Assembly: GCA_022605425.2 (NCBI GenBank)
Contig: CM061249.1
Location: 496,001 to 560,000, forward strand
Length of the DNA stretch: 64,000 nucleotides
Origin: Hamiltosporidium tvaerminnensis FI-OER-3-3
Taxonomy: Eukaryota > Fungi > Microsporidia
Direction of reading: 5' to 3'
The notes below the pieces were generated by a model that was given only the letters and a program-made list of their open reading frames with translations, had not been told where the DNA came from and made no database searches. The translations under genes and the position numbers were made by a program. This document shows, one piece after another, positions 1 through 12,503 of the stretch (its first letter is position 1; the number at the start of each line of letters is the position of its first letter).

Positions 1-2188
1 ACCTTCTAGAAGAGTAGCAGTATCTTCACAACGTGTATCATTTGTGGCTGACTTCTCTTTGTTAATCTCTAAGCCAATCACCTCTAAAAATACCTTAGCC
101 TCGTCTGTCATAGCACTCAATGTCGAACTGTCTTTAGCAAGGAGCTTTAGATCATCAATAAACAAGAATGATTAGTAGAATGAGATTCTGCATCTGTTTG
201 TACTGTCACTTTTGTGTATTTTTCATTAAGTTTTCGGCTTAATGGATCCATACACAACACAAATAACAAAGGTGACAGACTATCTCCTTGTAGAATCCCT
301 CTATCAATCTTCTTGCTCATGATTTTTTAAGGCCCTACTGAAATATTGATTTTCCATTTTGATATAATTACCTTAATAAATTTCAGGATCTAATCAGGTA
401 AATTAAGGTTTTCAATGCATTGAGTTAAATAAGCATGATCTTTTAAATCATAAGCCTTTTTAAAATCATCCATGTTGCCTTAAGATTATTTCCATACTCT
501 TTATTTAGGGCAATATATAGTAAAGCCTGCTCTTTCGCTCCCTGCACACCTCTTACCGCCCCTAATTGGTTCTCTGCAAGCAACCTTCGCCTTTCCACTT
601 CAATTTGAGCGACTTTCGTTACACACTTTGTCGTTAACTTGTAGAGGTAGGACATACAAGTAATTGGCCTGTAGTCAGAGCCTCTTCGTGGGATTCCTTT
701 CGGTATCAAATAGGTAAGCCCGCAGTAAAACCAATCAGCTTGAGGTGTTCCTTCTAAACATATAACTTTCACAATATCATAAAGATATTTGTGAAGAGTT
801 GTAAGTTTCTTAATGAAAAAATTGTAAATACCATCAATTCCAGCGGCTTTCCAATTAGGAAGCCAATTAATGATATTTATTAATTCATCAAGGAAAGGAA
901 ACGTGGTCGGATGATTATCTGATACAAATGGAATCAAATAATCACCATACGTGACTGTGTCATCATTTTTGTTCCACATTGTAGACCAAAAACTCACAAT
1001 TTCATCACAGCAAACCACATGCTCGGATTCTACACGCTCAGATAACCCACGATAAAATCGACCCCGGAAAAGCTCAAACATACGATTCTCTTTTCGGAAT
1101 TGCTTCCTACTTTCATGCATCGTAATTTTTTTCTCGTAAACATTCAAAGATTCATTCTTCTTAACTAAAGCCTCAGAAAGATCAGTTACACTGCTTAAGT
1201 TTAAATTAAACTCTCGCATGATTTTCTTAAGGCTCTTCGTTTAAGAGGTGGAGAGCTTTTCCTGCTTACGAGCCTTCTCGAGAAAATCTTTGGAAAGTAC
1301 TAACTTAGAAATTTTACTTTCTATGTTTTCCTTCCAAGCGGATCTAGGCTTTTCTTTGCGTGTTGCCTCGTTATAGCATACCTGGGCTGCCTGGATTATC
1401 CGTGCCACTGCAGTTATCGTCATCGGCACACAAGATTCAGCATACTCACCGATAATTCGATTAATAAGGTCCAAAACTTTACTGTCAACCAATTCACTTG
1501 GAAGCTTTCGAGTTCGGACCACCACTTTTCCAATTTCCTTCTCCGTGATTTCTTTGATTTTACTCAAGAATTTATCTCTCAGGTTTATGTACTCCGTGGT
1601 GTCAGTCAGGGTGCATGGCTCAGTGAGGCAAATGGCGATTCTACGTCGCTCTCTATTCTCTTCTTGCCTTATTTCCCTTTCTGCCTTATTTTGTGCGAGT
1701 TATTTAAACGCATCGATATCTATTGTGCAGCTAAATTTCTCATTATAGTACCTCAGAGTAACGGGCCAGCCATTTCTGGGCATTCTCTCAAACCTCTTTT
1801 GCACTGCTAGAATAGCAGATCTAGGCCATTCCTGCCCTACGACTGTGACAGAGTCAAGTATTGAGTGCAATACCACCAGTCGATTCCCTTCTAGAATGGC
1901 ATGTGTATTGAGGTTTGTCATGCCGTTGGCTGGTCCAAACGCAGTGGCATCGGTACCAGAAGACGAGGGTATGGTGTCAACCAAGCAGACTAGACTATTC
2001 TGGCAACTACTGCTTGGTGGTTGGTGGGTGGTGTTATGGAAGGTCGGTGGAGGTGGAAGTCTCTCGGATAACATTGCTACATCTACATCACACATCAAAA
2101 TCTCTACTGCGGTGTTCTCCAGGTTGTTTACAGCCTTTATTTTTTCATTTCTTATATTTCCGCTGTCTACTTTTTTCCTTCTACCCAT
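1..2188 (-). mobile_element. Non-LTR retrotransposon copy A (5' half incl. RT domain; runs off window), inactivated
   Basis: ORFs 1700-2188, 1241-1567 and 443-1219 are in the same frame, separated by single TAA stops. RT motifs KAAGIDGI, LIPKG..DYRPITC, ENQLG, QGDSLSPLLF and LFIDDL are present. Frameshifts near 440-460 and ~165. Confidence 0.92.
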
Positions 2189-2311
2189 TTTTACTAAAAA
2201 AATAAATATATTTTGATATGTAATTATAAACCAAAAGCTGTTTTCTACTAAGCCTTATTCGTTTTATAAATCTCATTATAAATAATATTTTCTAGACCAA
2301 AAATTTCTTAT

Positions 2312-2437
2312 TTAGATATTAGATATTAGATATTAGATATTAGATATTAGATATTAGATATTAGATATTAGATATTAGATATTAGATATTAGATATTAGA
2401 TATTAGATATTAGATATTAGATATTAGATATTAGATA
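2312..2437 (+). repeat. (TTAGATA)18 perfect microsatellite
   Basis: Direct count: 126 bp. Confidence 0.97.
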
Positions 2438-2527
2438 TACTATTTCAAAGAAACAATTGCCAAATATTAAAAATGTAAAAATGATGTAAACCTAAAAATT
2501 ATCGTATGAATCAAGCAATTTAATATT

Positions 2528-5426
2528 TTATAGATGATTATTATACTTTTTACTCTTTAAAACTAACATATAAATCCTTTTTCTTCTTCAAACAGTACAT
2601 GGATATATTTAAAAGTATTTATAATTTCATATTCGTAAAAAACGTTAGAATATTTTTCAAAAATATGCTTATAAATTAAAATATAGTCATATCCTTCAAA
2701 AGAGTTATTAATAGATTTGTCTATAAAGGCATTATCAGTATCATCTCTATTGTTATTATTTCTCATTTCTTTTTCGACTTTTTCATCTACAATTTTGTCA
2801 TTATCTATTTTATTATTTTTATCCTTTTTGCTTTCCAATTGCGTTTTATAACTTTCACTTGTGGCTTCCAATAAATCCATATACATTTCATATTCATAGA
2901 AAATAACTTTTTGCCCATCAAATCTTTTACAGACAACTAAATCTTTCATTTTAACTGTTATGTCAGGATTTCTAGAAACGCTTTTTATATTTACATTTTC
3001 ATAGCAAATAAAAGAATATACTGGTAAAGAATATGGACAGACAAAATAAAGTATTTCAATATTTTTTGTATTTTGGACCACAGATATATCTTTACCCAAT
3101 ACATTTTGGAAATCAACAGATATTTCGATTTTATTTCTTTCCGAATTCTTTATATTTTTATTCTTGTAGAAATCCAAATCTGTATTTGCTGCAAAAAAAC
3201 TTTCTGTCAGTATTTTTTCGACTTCTGTTTTCATAAAAAAACTAATATCAAAAGTATTTTGATGTACCAATCCGATATAAAGTCCTATAAAAAATGTTAT
3301 ATAAAGATCAACATATAAAACACCGGAGTATAACTTTTTACGTATATAATTTATACCACCCGTATTTCTGTAAGACATTTTATTAATACTTATAGCACAT
3401 AAAAGATTACAAAAAGGTATAACAGGGACAATAAACCGCATTTCTTTATGCTTTAATGCAGAATAAAATATTAAATAAATTAAAACAGATATAGCAATAT
3501 TTTGATTGGCGTTAAAATTCAAAAATAAAAATGTACCAGTAAAACCTGTTAAAACAATGAAAAACCATACGTAACTTAGTACGTGTTGTTCGCCAAACAC
3601 TTCACTTACTGACCACCTTACATTTACATTAAAAAATACAAAAGGAACAAATGTTAATTCCTTATAAAAATAACTGTCCACCAAAGCCATCAATAGTACT
3701 AATAAAAGACAACAAGGTATATTCTTTATAAATACCATGATAATACTTAATACTCTTCTACCATATCTATTATATAAATCAAGATCTTCAGCATCTTCAA
3801 AATCATTAATCTTAGAATTTATAACAGAAACCTCTGTGTCTATTTGTCCTTTGATTTTAGATTGGCCATGTGTATCATCAGATTTGTAAATATCTTTATT
3901 TTTTGTATCTTTGATAGATTCTTTCGTTTTATAATCATTGCTTTTGTCTTCTGGCTTATAACATTCCTTTGCATCATTGTAAGAGATATTTTCTTCGTAA
4001 TGATTATATTTATTATCTTGTTTATAATTTACTTGATTATCTGCAAGTTTGAGTTGTTCGTTATCTTTCTCAGAATAGAAACATTCTTTGTAATTATTAA
4101 AATCAGTATTTTTTTCATTTGCAGATTTTTTTAAATTTTCATCGATTTTGGAATCTGTTTTACTACAAAAAATATTTCTTATTTTAAAAAACGCTTCAAC
4201 GAATTTATTCTTAATCATACGTATTATATAAAGACAAATACAACATACCTTCACAAGCTTCAAATAATTAACTATGCTATGCAATTTAGAGCAAGTTACT
4301 GGATTTACATTTTCTGTTCTATCTTTTGACTGGTTGCAATCATTATTATTTGTTTCATTACATTCTAATTTTTCCAGTTGTAAATTATTAGATTCAGGAA
4401 GATTCTTTTTATTCTTTCTCATTTTATCATCTTCGATTGATGAATAATTTTTTTGGAAAACAGCAAAAAAAATATGAACACCACTCAAAAATAAAATACT
4501 TGAACGTAAATAGAAAATAAAACACAAACACAAAAAGGAATTGTAGGTGTTTTAAATGTTTCTAGAGCATATAAACACAATACAGCCATAAAAAGTTCAA
4601 AAGAGTTTATATGAGATCGAGGGGAATATAACCACAATCCATGTGAAAGCGCAGTAACATAGATAAGTGTATCCTCGTCTGCTTTATAAATAGTTCCGAG
4701 TTTTATTATAAGATAATCTGCCAACCCCGCGATTATTCCATTTACTATTTTAGAAACCAAATATCCATATTTACCATACAAAGGTAAGATTGAATACTTG
4801 ACTACCATTTCATCAAAAAACTGATATTTCGACTCCAATATTACCAAAACAACCAAATATAAATTATTTAGTATATTTAGATGGCTTAAAAATCCTATAA
4901 TCTGTCTTAAACCAAATCTTTCGAGATTATTATTTTGAAAATTTGTTTTCCTTATTTTTAAAACCTCTTTTTCCCCATACATTTTAAAGCAACATCATCT
5001 TTAGGACAATTAATAATTTGATTTCTATTTTTGGTCTTTTCGTTAATAAGAAACCTACCAGAATCAGTTAATTTAAAAATACATAACACCACAGTAAAAC
5101 AACATAAAAGACAAAGAAATATAAAATTCAAAAACAAAAAAATATTAAAATTATTCCGTATATAAACCAGACAAAAAAATCTAAAAACATCGCTAAATAT
5201 CTTAAAAAGTAAAGTGGTATAAAATATAAAAGAACATAATTAACCGATCTTATACCAATCATCCAATCCCATGTAAGTGTTCCTTTAGTATAAAAAATAT
5301 AATTTATAGGTTCAAGATTCTGCCATATTTCATCCGGTTCAAATACTGTTTTGAGAAGAAATGAATTGTTAAGTCTGTAAAGAATAAAAAATAGAAGAAG
5401 ATTGTTCTTATGGTTTTCAAAATCAT
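2528..5426 (-). CDS. GPI10: GPI mannosyltransferase 3 (PIG-B/Gpi10, glycosyltransferase family 22), copy 1; split by ~5 homopolymer frameshifts
   Basis: Motifs T.FEPDEIWQNLEP, GTLTWDW..GIRS, SPRSHINSFE, DSYFY..L.FVPF.F..NV and YSALKHKEMRFIVP. Probable ATG at 5426, preceded by CCC. Confidence 0.85.
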
Positions 5427-7098
5427 AAAAGGGTAAAAGTAAACGCAATTAAAGTTTATTTTAATCATTTTATAAAAAGATAAATTAAAATATATTTATA
5501 AAAATTAATTTTTTATTTTTGTGAGTATTTTATTTATAATATTTGTTTAAAATCATTTCTTTTAAATTTCATTTCATTTTCGCACTTCAAACTTCTCATA
5601 TTTCTGCTCAGTGGATTTCAATTTCATTTTTTACTTTAAAATTATTTATTATTTTAAACGAGTTGCAAGTAATTTTCTTTCACTTTCTACTCTAAATCTT
5701 CTTAAAAAACAGGATTAAATCAAGTTATAGAGTTGAAAAAAAAGAATCAAATAGCCAATAAAATTTTACCCAAATATATTTGTCAATGTTTTATTTAAAA
5801 TATTAAATTTATCTTGAGAAACTACGTAATTATGAAATTATTGAATGAAATTATAAAAAAAAATGTTTTACAAATAAATATTTTTTGCAAAGAAGATTTC
5901 ACAAGACAGAAACTCATGATCAAAATTTTAATTTGGTATATTATGCCCTCCTTTTTTTACTATTGATTCGATGCATTATATAATTATTTAAATCTTTAAT
6001 GCTCTTCTTCGTTTCTTTCTGTATTTTTAATTATTTTTACCTACGAAATAAACAGTAAATATAACTCAGAAATAATAAACACCAATAAATATAAAAGAAT
6101 AATTGAAGATTTTCTTGTATCTTTAATTCATATTTCGAAGTAACTATATTACTGGTATAAATTAAATTTAATTGTAGTAAATCAGATTATGTATATTTTA
6201 TAAAAATATACGGAATATAAAATATATGAAGATTATATTTTCTAAAATTGATATGGAATGCAGGCTTTACCATATTTTGCTATAAAAATATAGATTTATC
6301 ACTTTTATTTACAAAAAAAATATTTACACACATTAAAACTACAACAATTTCAAATTATAAACTAGTATATATTACAGTAGAAAATAGAATTACATTCAAT
6401 GGATACAAATTTTTTAATACTTAGAAAAAATCGTATAACAGACGATTGCACCTTAACCAATATTTAACTAAAATAGAGCCTTCAAAGTAAACTTAAAATA
6501 TTTTTCAATTATTTTGTCGAGGCTTTTAGAATTAAAAATAATTTAATCAATTTTATATTGCATCTGTTAAAAATACATCCCAGAAAAAGTTATCCGAATG
6601 CCTTTCATAACTTGATAGTCCTTATATATCCTACTTTGATATTAGAAAGTTCTTATTTTTTTCTAAATTAAATAAACTTTTAGCAAAAATGTTAAGAGTT
6701 TTGATTATTTTTAACAAAAAGAATATAATTATATAGAAAATTTTATAAAAAGTTTATTTGATTTAGAAGAAAATAAGAACTTTCTAATCAGAATGAGGAA
6801 ATAAATTCTAAAAAAAACATTATAAAGAGACATAAGAGTTGTTGAGATAAATTTTTATCTTTATGATTAAAAAATATTGTAAATAGATCCAAATATAAAA
6901 TGAAAATTAAAAACTGGCAGTAAAATAAATCACAAGTAGAAAGTAAAAACAATATAAGCTAATCATTTATTGAAAGAGAACCAAGTAAATATTAAATAAA
7001 TAAATTTTATATGATGCTATTGGCCAGGCAGATTAAATTTTTTTAATTTTGAGCCATTTTTTTGATTTCTAATTTAACAGCATAATACAGAATTTCAT

Positions 7099-7170
7099 GA
7101 CCAGGCGGTGCAGAATGACGCTCTTCGATTCCAAATCGATATGTTGTAGGTTCGAATCCTGTCCTGGTCA
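7099..7170 (+). tRNA. tRNA-Trp(CCA), atypical or possibly a pseudogene
   Basis: Acceptor stem GACCAGG/CCTGGTC, loop TT-CCA-AA, GGTTCGAATCC T-arm, downstream T-run. Atypical: C at position 8, no D-loop GG, U.U at top of anticodon stem. Confidence 0.8.
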
Positions 7171-7499
7171 CTTTTTATGATTACCGTCAACTATAAATTT
7201 TTCTAGTTACAATGTGAATATCTCCTTTTTTATTTTAGAATTTTTATACTTTATTTACATTATAACATAGATACTTCTAGCCAAATCTTTTATTTAAAAA
7301 TTGATTTGAAAATTTACTTTTTTAGATATAAATTTCACAAGGTTTGATTAAAAATAATTTTAAGATTTTTTATTCTACCCTACCCTTATAATTAATTACT
7401 TGCTTATTCCGTTCCTCTTTTACCTCTCAGTGTCGAGGATGAACAAATGAATGTTTTCCATCTGTTTCTTTTAATCATTGTAACACGGGATTATAGGGG

Positions 7500-7620
7500 A
7501 ATGGCCTATAGATTCGGTGTGGTTTATATCTCACAACAACGGCAGCAATAATTTTAATACGTATTTTAGACGTTCATTACTAAACAGGAAGTTTTTTAAT
7601 GTGGTTATCCTCCTTCCACA
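7500..7620 (-). mobile_element. 5' fragment of the ~725-bp SINE-like repeat
   Basis: Reverse complement TGTGGAAGGAGGATAACCACATTAAAAAACTTCCTG matches the 5' end of the copies at 35853, 50806 and 54291. Confidence 0.75.
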
Positions 7621-8159
7621 TCTTATAATTTATTACTTGACGTAATAGAAAACACTTGGGTATGTCCACTCAACATATTTTGTACAGATTACATCTTTTG
7701 ATCTGAATTTAAGCGTAAAACGAAATGTATTCTCTTAGTTTAGAAATAATATCATAACGTTTTTAAATTATTTTGATTTAATATAAAAAGTGCGAACAGC
7801 AATAATTATTTTCATATATGAAATAAAAATTAGATTTGAGTTTCAATTTACATTAAAATTTAAGTTATTTAAACTAAAAAATGATTTTTTTTACTGAGAT
7901 CGAAATTATAAAATTACACTTTGTACTTAATATTGTAAATTTATTGATTTTTAATACAGTTGAATGGTTAAAGGAATAAATGTTTAAGAATATAGTATTA
8001 TTCACCAAATATATAATTTTTGAATTTGTTACTTTAAAAAATAGATATTTTGATATAATTAGTCTCTAAAATTATTAATTAAGTTTGATCTACAAGACAT
8101 GATTATTTTTTTAATAAATTTTATAATGAAATTTTTTTGGCTAATAAACCTACTTTTCG

Positions 8160-8700
8160 AAAATAAATATAAATTTAAGTCTTTAAAACGAATTATGAGT
8201 CAGATTCTCAAATATAATTTATAAAATGAGTATGCAGAAATAAGAGTGGACATAAGAATAAAAACTGATAGATAATATCAAGCAAGATAGACTTTATATA
8301 TTTTTCCATAAAATTTTAGTTATATAACGGCCCTATACAAGGGTTATCTAATAAGTTTATTTTTAAGATTTGTATCAAATTACAAATCTTATGACTTATG
8401 ACTTATGACTTATGACTTATGACTTATGACTTATGACTTATGACTTATGACTTATGACTTATGACTTATGACTTATGACTTATGACTTATGACTTATGAC
8501 TTATGACTTATGACTTATGACTTATGACTTATGACTTATGACTTATGACTTATGACTTATGACTTATGACTTATGACTTATGACTTATGACTTATGACTT
8601 ATGAAGAGAATTAAATATAATAAGTATTTTTTATAAGTGTAGCGTCGAGATAATTTCTTATTTGATTGCATTATGTAATATTTTAGCAATATATATAATA
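8160..8700 (+). mobile_element. Eroded relic of the retrotransposon endonuclease region, interrupted by a 7-mer array
   Basis: aatgagtatgcagaaataagagtggacataagaataaaaactgat and tttataagtgtagcgtcgagataatttcttat align with the copy at ~50060-50300. Confidence 0.8.
8388..8604 (+). repeat. (CTTATGA)31 perfect microsatellite
   Basis: Direct count: 217 bp. Confidence 0.97.
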
Positions 8701-9263
8701 TATATTTTATGACAAATTATCATCCAATTGTAGTACAAAAAATTAATTACATATTATTTGAAGGATAAAGAAAATCAGTATTAAGACAATCAAATAATAC
8801 AATTAAAAATAGGAAATTATGGCTTAAGAAATCAATCGTAAAGAAAATATAAACTAATCATCTATAAAAAGCATTTTTTCATAAAATATAATTATAAATA
8901 GAAAGTCATGTCTCAAGAAAATATCAACGAAAAACTACAAACCAAGTCACACTTAAAACAACTATATCATCTTTACTACGTTTACAATGCATATTTAAAA
9001 GATAATGTACCAACACGTATACCTGTGACTAAAAAAACCTATCAATAAACAGAACCTTCAAATAATTGCAATCCAATCAAATTTTAAAAACCTTTGATAA
9101 AAAAAAATGCTTAAAATAGAACAAATCATATGAAATTGAAAAATCAAATCTCCTTTTTCTGATCAATTATTCATATTAAATATCCTCCTTTTCCTTTCAA
9201 CAAACCACCCCTTTATTATCTTCTAATCCTATAAATTACATCCTTCCCTACATTACCCTCCTT

Positions 9264-10506
9264 ATGACTCTACATCGGTCAAATAACAGAGACACATTTC
9301 ATAAACTTACTAAAATTATCAAACAGCAATATAGCACTTTTACATCTCAAAACAAATATATTGTTTGTATTCAAGGATGTAGTGCATCGGGTAAATCTAC
9401 ACTTGCTTTAAATATTAAGAATACCCTTGAACAACACAATATATCTGTTTATGTTATACATCTTGACCAATATTATAAGAGTCTGAGTAAATCTAACGAG
9501 GATATAAAGGGTGTTATGAATGAGGGTAGTAACTTAGAGGGTGTTAATATCAACACTAGTGAATTTAAGGGTGGTAACACATGTAGTGGTGATTTAAAGG
9601 GGGATAATTATACTACTACTAATCATAAGGGTGTTAATATCAATATAAGTAATAATAAGGGTGTTAATATTAATACTACTAATCATAAGGGTGTTAATAA
9701 TAGTACTAGTAATCATAAGGGTGTTAATACTAATACATACGATTTTGATAACCCTTCAGCTATTGACTGGTTAAACGTACATAAAACCCTTTAGTCTTAA
9801 CACCAAATAACCCTTACATTCCAATATATAATTACTCATTTATAACAGAACAATCTACTGGTCCTACATATATTCCTAATACATATCCTACTGTTATAGT
9901 AATAGAAGGTATTTACGCTTATCAAGTATTATCTCCTATTCATTTTAATACAGACTTGTTAAATCCTTATTGTAAGAATAACACTGTAACTTACATACCT
10001 AACAAGTATAAAACTCTTTATTCTTTTCACTCTTCAAATAATAAGAATGGGTTATTTACTAGGAATTTAAACTTTGAAAATTTATTAAAATCCATGGGAA
10101 TAAAGGGTGATAAAAATAGTAATGATAACATCCCTTTAAATAACAATGATGGTAATAACACCCCTTTAAACATAGTACATACAAATAACACCCCCTTCAT
10201 AAATTTTCAAATTTAAAAATATTAAATATTCGCCTTTCTATTTATAAAAGTAAAGCCTTATCTATAAGAATAACTCGCGATACACTTTATTATAATAAGC
10301 TTTATTCTTATTCTTTACACCAATTCAATACACAGGTATGGCCATCTACACTTAAATATGTTAATAGTACAGTTTATACTGATAATATTAAAATTATACA
10401 CGGTTCATTTAATAAGAGATGTGAATATCTTATTAAAGGATTGGTAGATTACTTTGATGATAATAAATCTAATAATAGTAGTAAGAATAGTAATAATATA
10501 TTTTAA
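9264..10506 (+). CDS. Uridine/cytidine kinase (PRK/UK family), copy 1; frameshifts at ~9790 and ~10195
   Basis: Walker A GCSASGKST, LDQYYK and YDFDNPSAID. The -1 frame continues IPIYNY...VIVIEGIYA, then IRITRD. Confidence 0.85.
9503..9735 (+). repeat. 8 x 30-bp in-frame minisatellite (AAGGGTGTTAAT core; KGVN peptide repeats)
   Basis: 30-nt periodicity visible between the DQYYK and YDFDNP motifs. Confidence 0.9.
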
Positions 10507-12503
10507 TTGCAATAAACAATTAGTAGTTAGTAAACACATATATAATCAAGAAAGTGTTACTGTTCTACCTTCTCATGATTTGTACTGTAAGTCACTTGTA
10601 AGTTGTACGGGAGAATGCATATTTGAAAGTAATAACGATATTACACTTTATGATGAGTAAAAAATTTTACGTTTTTTTGGTTTTTTTAGTAAATTTGAAA
10701 CATTATTTACAGTAAAATTTGAAAATTTTATTCATTATTAATAATATTTTGTTTCTGTTTATTTTCAGAAGTTTGTAAATTTGGTGTTTTTAAATATTAA
10801 AATATATTATTTGGAAGTTAATGAGTGTTTAAAATCAAAATGTAATTTTTAAAAATTATTTAGAAACGATAAATTCAATATATTTCTATCGTTTTTTCGG
10901 TTCTAAGAGAAACCCTGATTTAAATACTTTTTTTGTTTCTGTTTTATCTATAAGAAGATCTCCAAAATCTTATTGGTGTGATATATACTAGAATAGAAGA
11001 AAAATATTGTATTGTCTCAAATGATTACATGAATAATGAAATTAGGGAGAAATATTTTAAATTCATAATTACTTTTCTTTTTTCACTATCAAATCAAAAA
11101 ATATTTTTTAATCTCTCTATATAGAGTAAAGTTCGGAAATTTTCTATTATGTTTCTTGATCTTATAAACTTTGTATTGCACTTTTTCAAGAAATATTTTA
11201 ATAATAAATATTTTAAATTTTCGTAAAAGACGGCAAAAAATAAAGGTTCTGAAAACAATCCCTCAACTGCTATACAATATCTTTAGATATTTTAAAAGTA
11301 AACAATACTGCTATATTTCATGGAAAATATATAGTAGGTGAATTTACATTGGTTAAAAACTTACCTTTAAATATTAAATTCAAGTATAATAACATGCATT
11401 TCATTAGACTTAGATAAAATTATAAAAATTTGCCTGATTCGTCTTTTTTATTGCTTAATTTCAGAAGTTTTAAAATACTTTGAAATCCAAATAAAGATTT
11501 TTCTCATGATGGTGTTACCGGCCTATAAAAAAATATAATTTGTGTGAAAACCAACAATAATATTAGACTTAGGCAAAAATATTTTCACATTAAACATTTT
11601 GAATGTATTTTGAAAATATTATAGCTAAATTCTATTCCTCGAGCATACTTAAAACAACATTAACTCATATTTTATTTACTATATATTATAACGAATTAGA
11701 TTTAAAGTAATATATAGAGAATATAAGCGTATTTCATTAACTCTAAAAATTTATTGCAGGTTTATTTTAATAGTTTTATTTTTAAAAATGTCATATTTCC
11801 GCTTCTTTTTCTACCAATTAATCTACACTGAATTTTCAGCTTTCAATGCTTCATTAATAGATAAGTTTTTATTTAAATATGATATTGTTCCTGTATATTT
11901 ATTGTGTAAAAAAATCTAATCGAAGTTTACTAACTATTTGTGCTTAGCGTAGATGACCTTTAGATTTAGAATACTTGGTGAGAATTAAAAAAAATATTTA
12001 AAATAACCCTTGTTTCTTTGTCAATGCCTTTTTTATGCTTACTCCGCAATACTTGCCTTGCTTTTTGTATATTAATGTTGTACTTTTTTCTAAACATATG
12101 ACTTTTACAATATCATAAATATTTTTTTAATAAAGATAGAAGCTTATAAATATTGAATTATTTATTGGTTCGTTGGATAAACGTATATATTATATAAGAG
12201 CAAATATTTACTTCAGATTTTTTTTAGTTTTGAAGAATTGAAAAGACCAATCTTCTTTTCAAATTTCAAAAAATAATCAATTTTGCTTGTAAATAAATGT
12301 AAGTGCCGTAATTTTCGGGAAGGCAGCTAAGTTTGAAGTATGTCTCTAACAAGGAGATCGTATTCCTGCTCACCATTCCTCTGTTGTTGTAAAGTAAAGA
12401 ATTGTTTTTAGAAAAATTGTCTTTATTAATTTTGTTAATGATGGCACACCCCTCCTTTTTATTTTAAAATATAAAATAAAAATATTATATTTTGTGATAT
12501 AAA

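Noticed and set aside
1241-2188. Programmed TAA read-through or an alternative genetic code in the LINE ORF
   Set aside because: The same copies carry frameshifts and other stops, and host genes end normally at TAA/TAG. Inherited nonsense mutations are sufficient.
1545-2216. Plus-strand ORFs overlapping the LINE, plus similar antisense ORFs in GPI10, Nup and USP
   Set aside because: They are shadows of the real coding strand, mostly with non-ATG starts and no motifs.
8388-8604. CRISPR array or telomere
   Set aside because: There are no spacers or cas genes and the context is eukaryotic. The arrays are internal and not TTAGG-like.
10454-10660. 68-aa ORF after uridine kinase (also 24564-24770)
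   Set aside because: It overlaps the kinase C-terminus, is short and has no motif.
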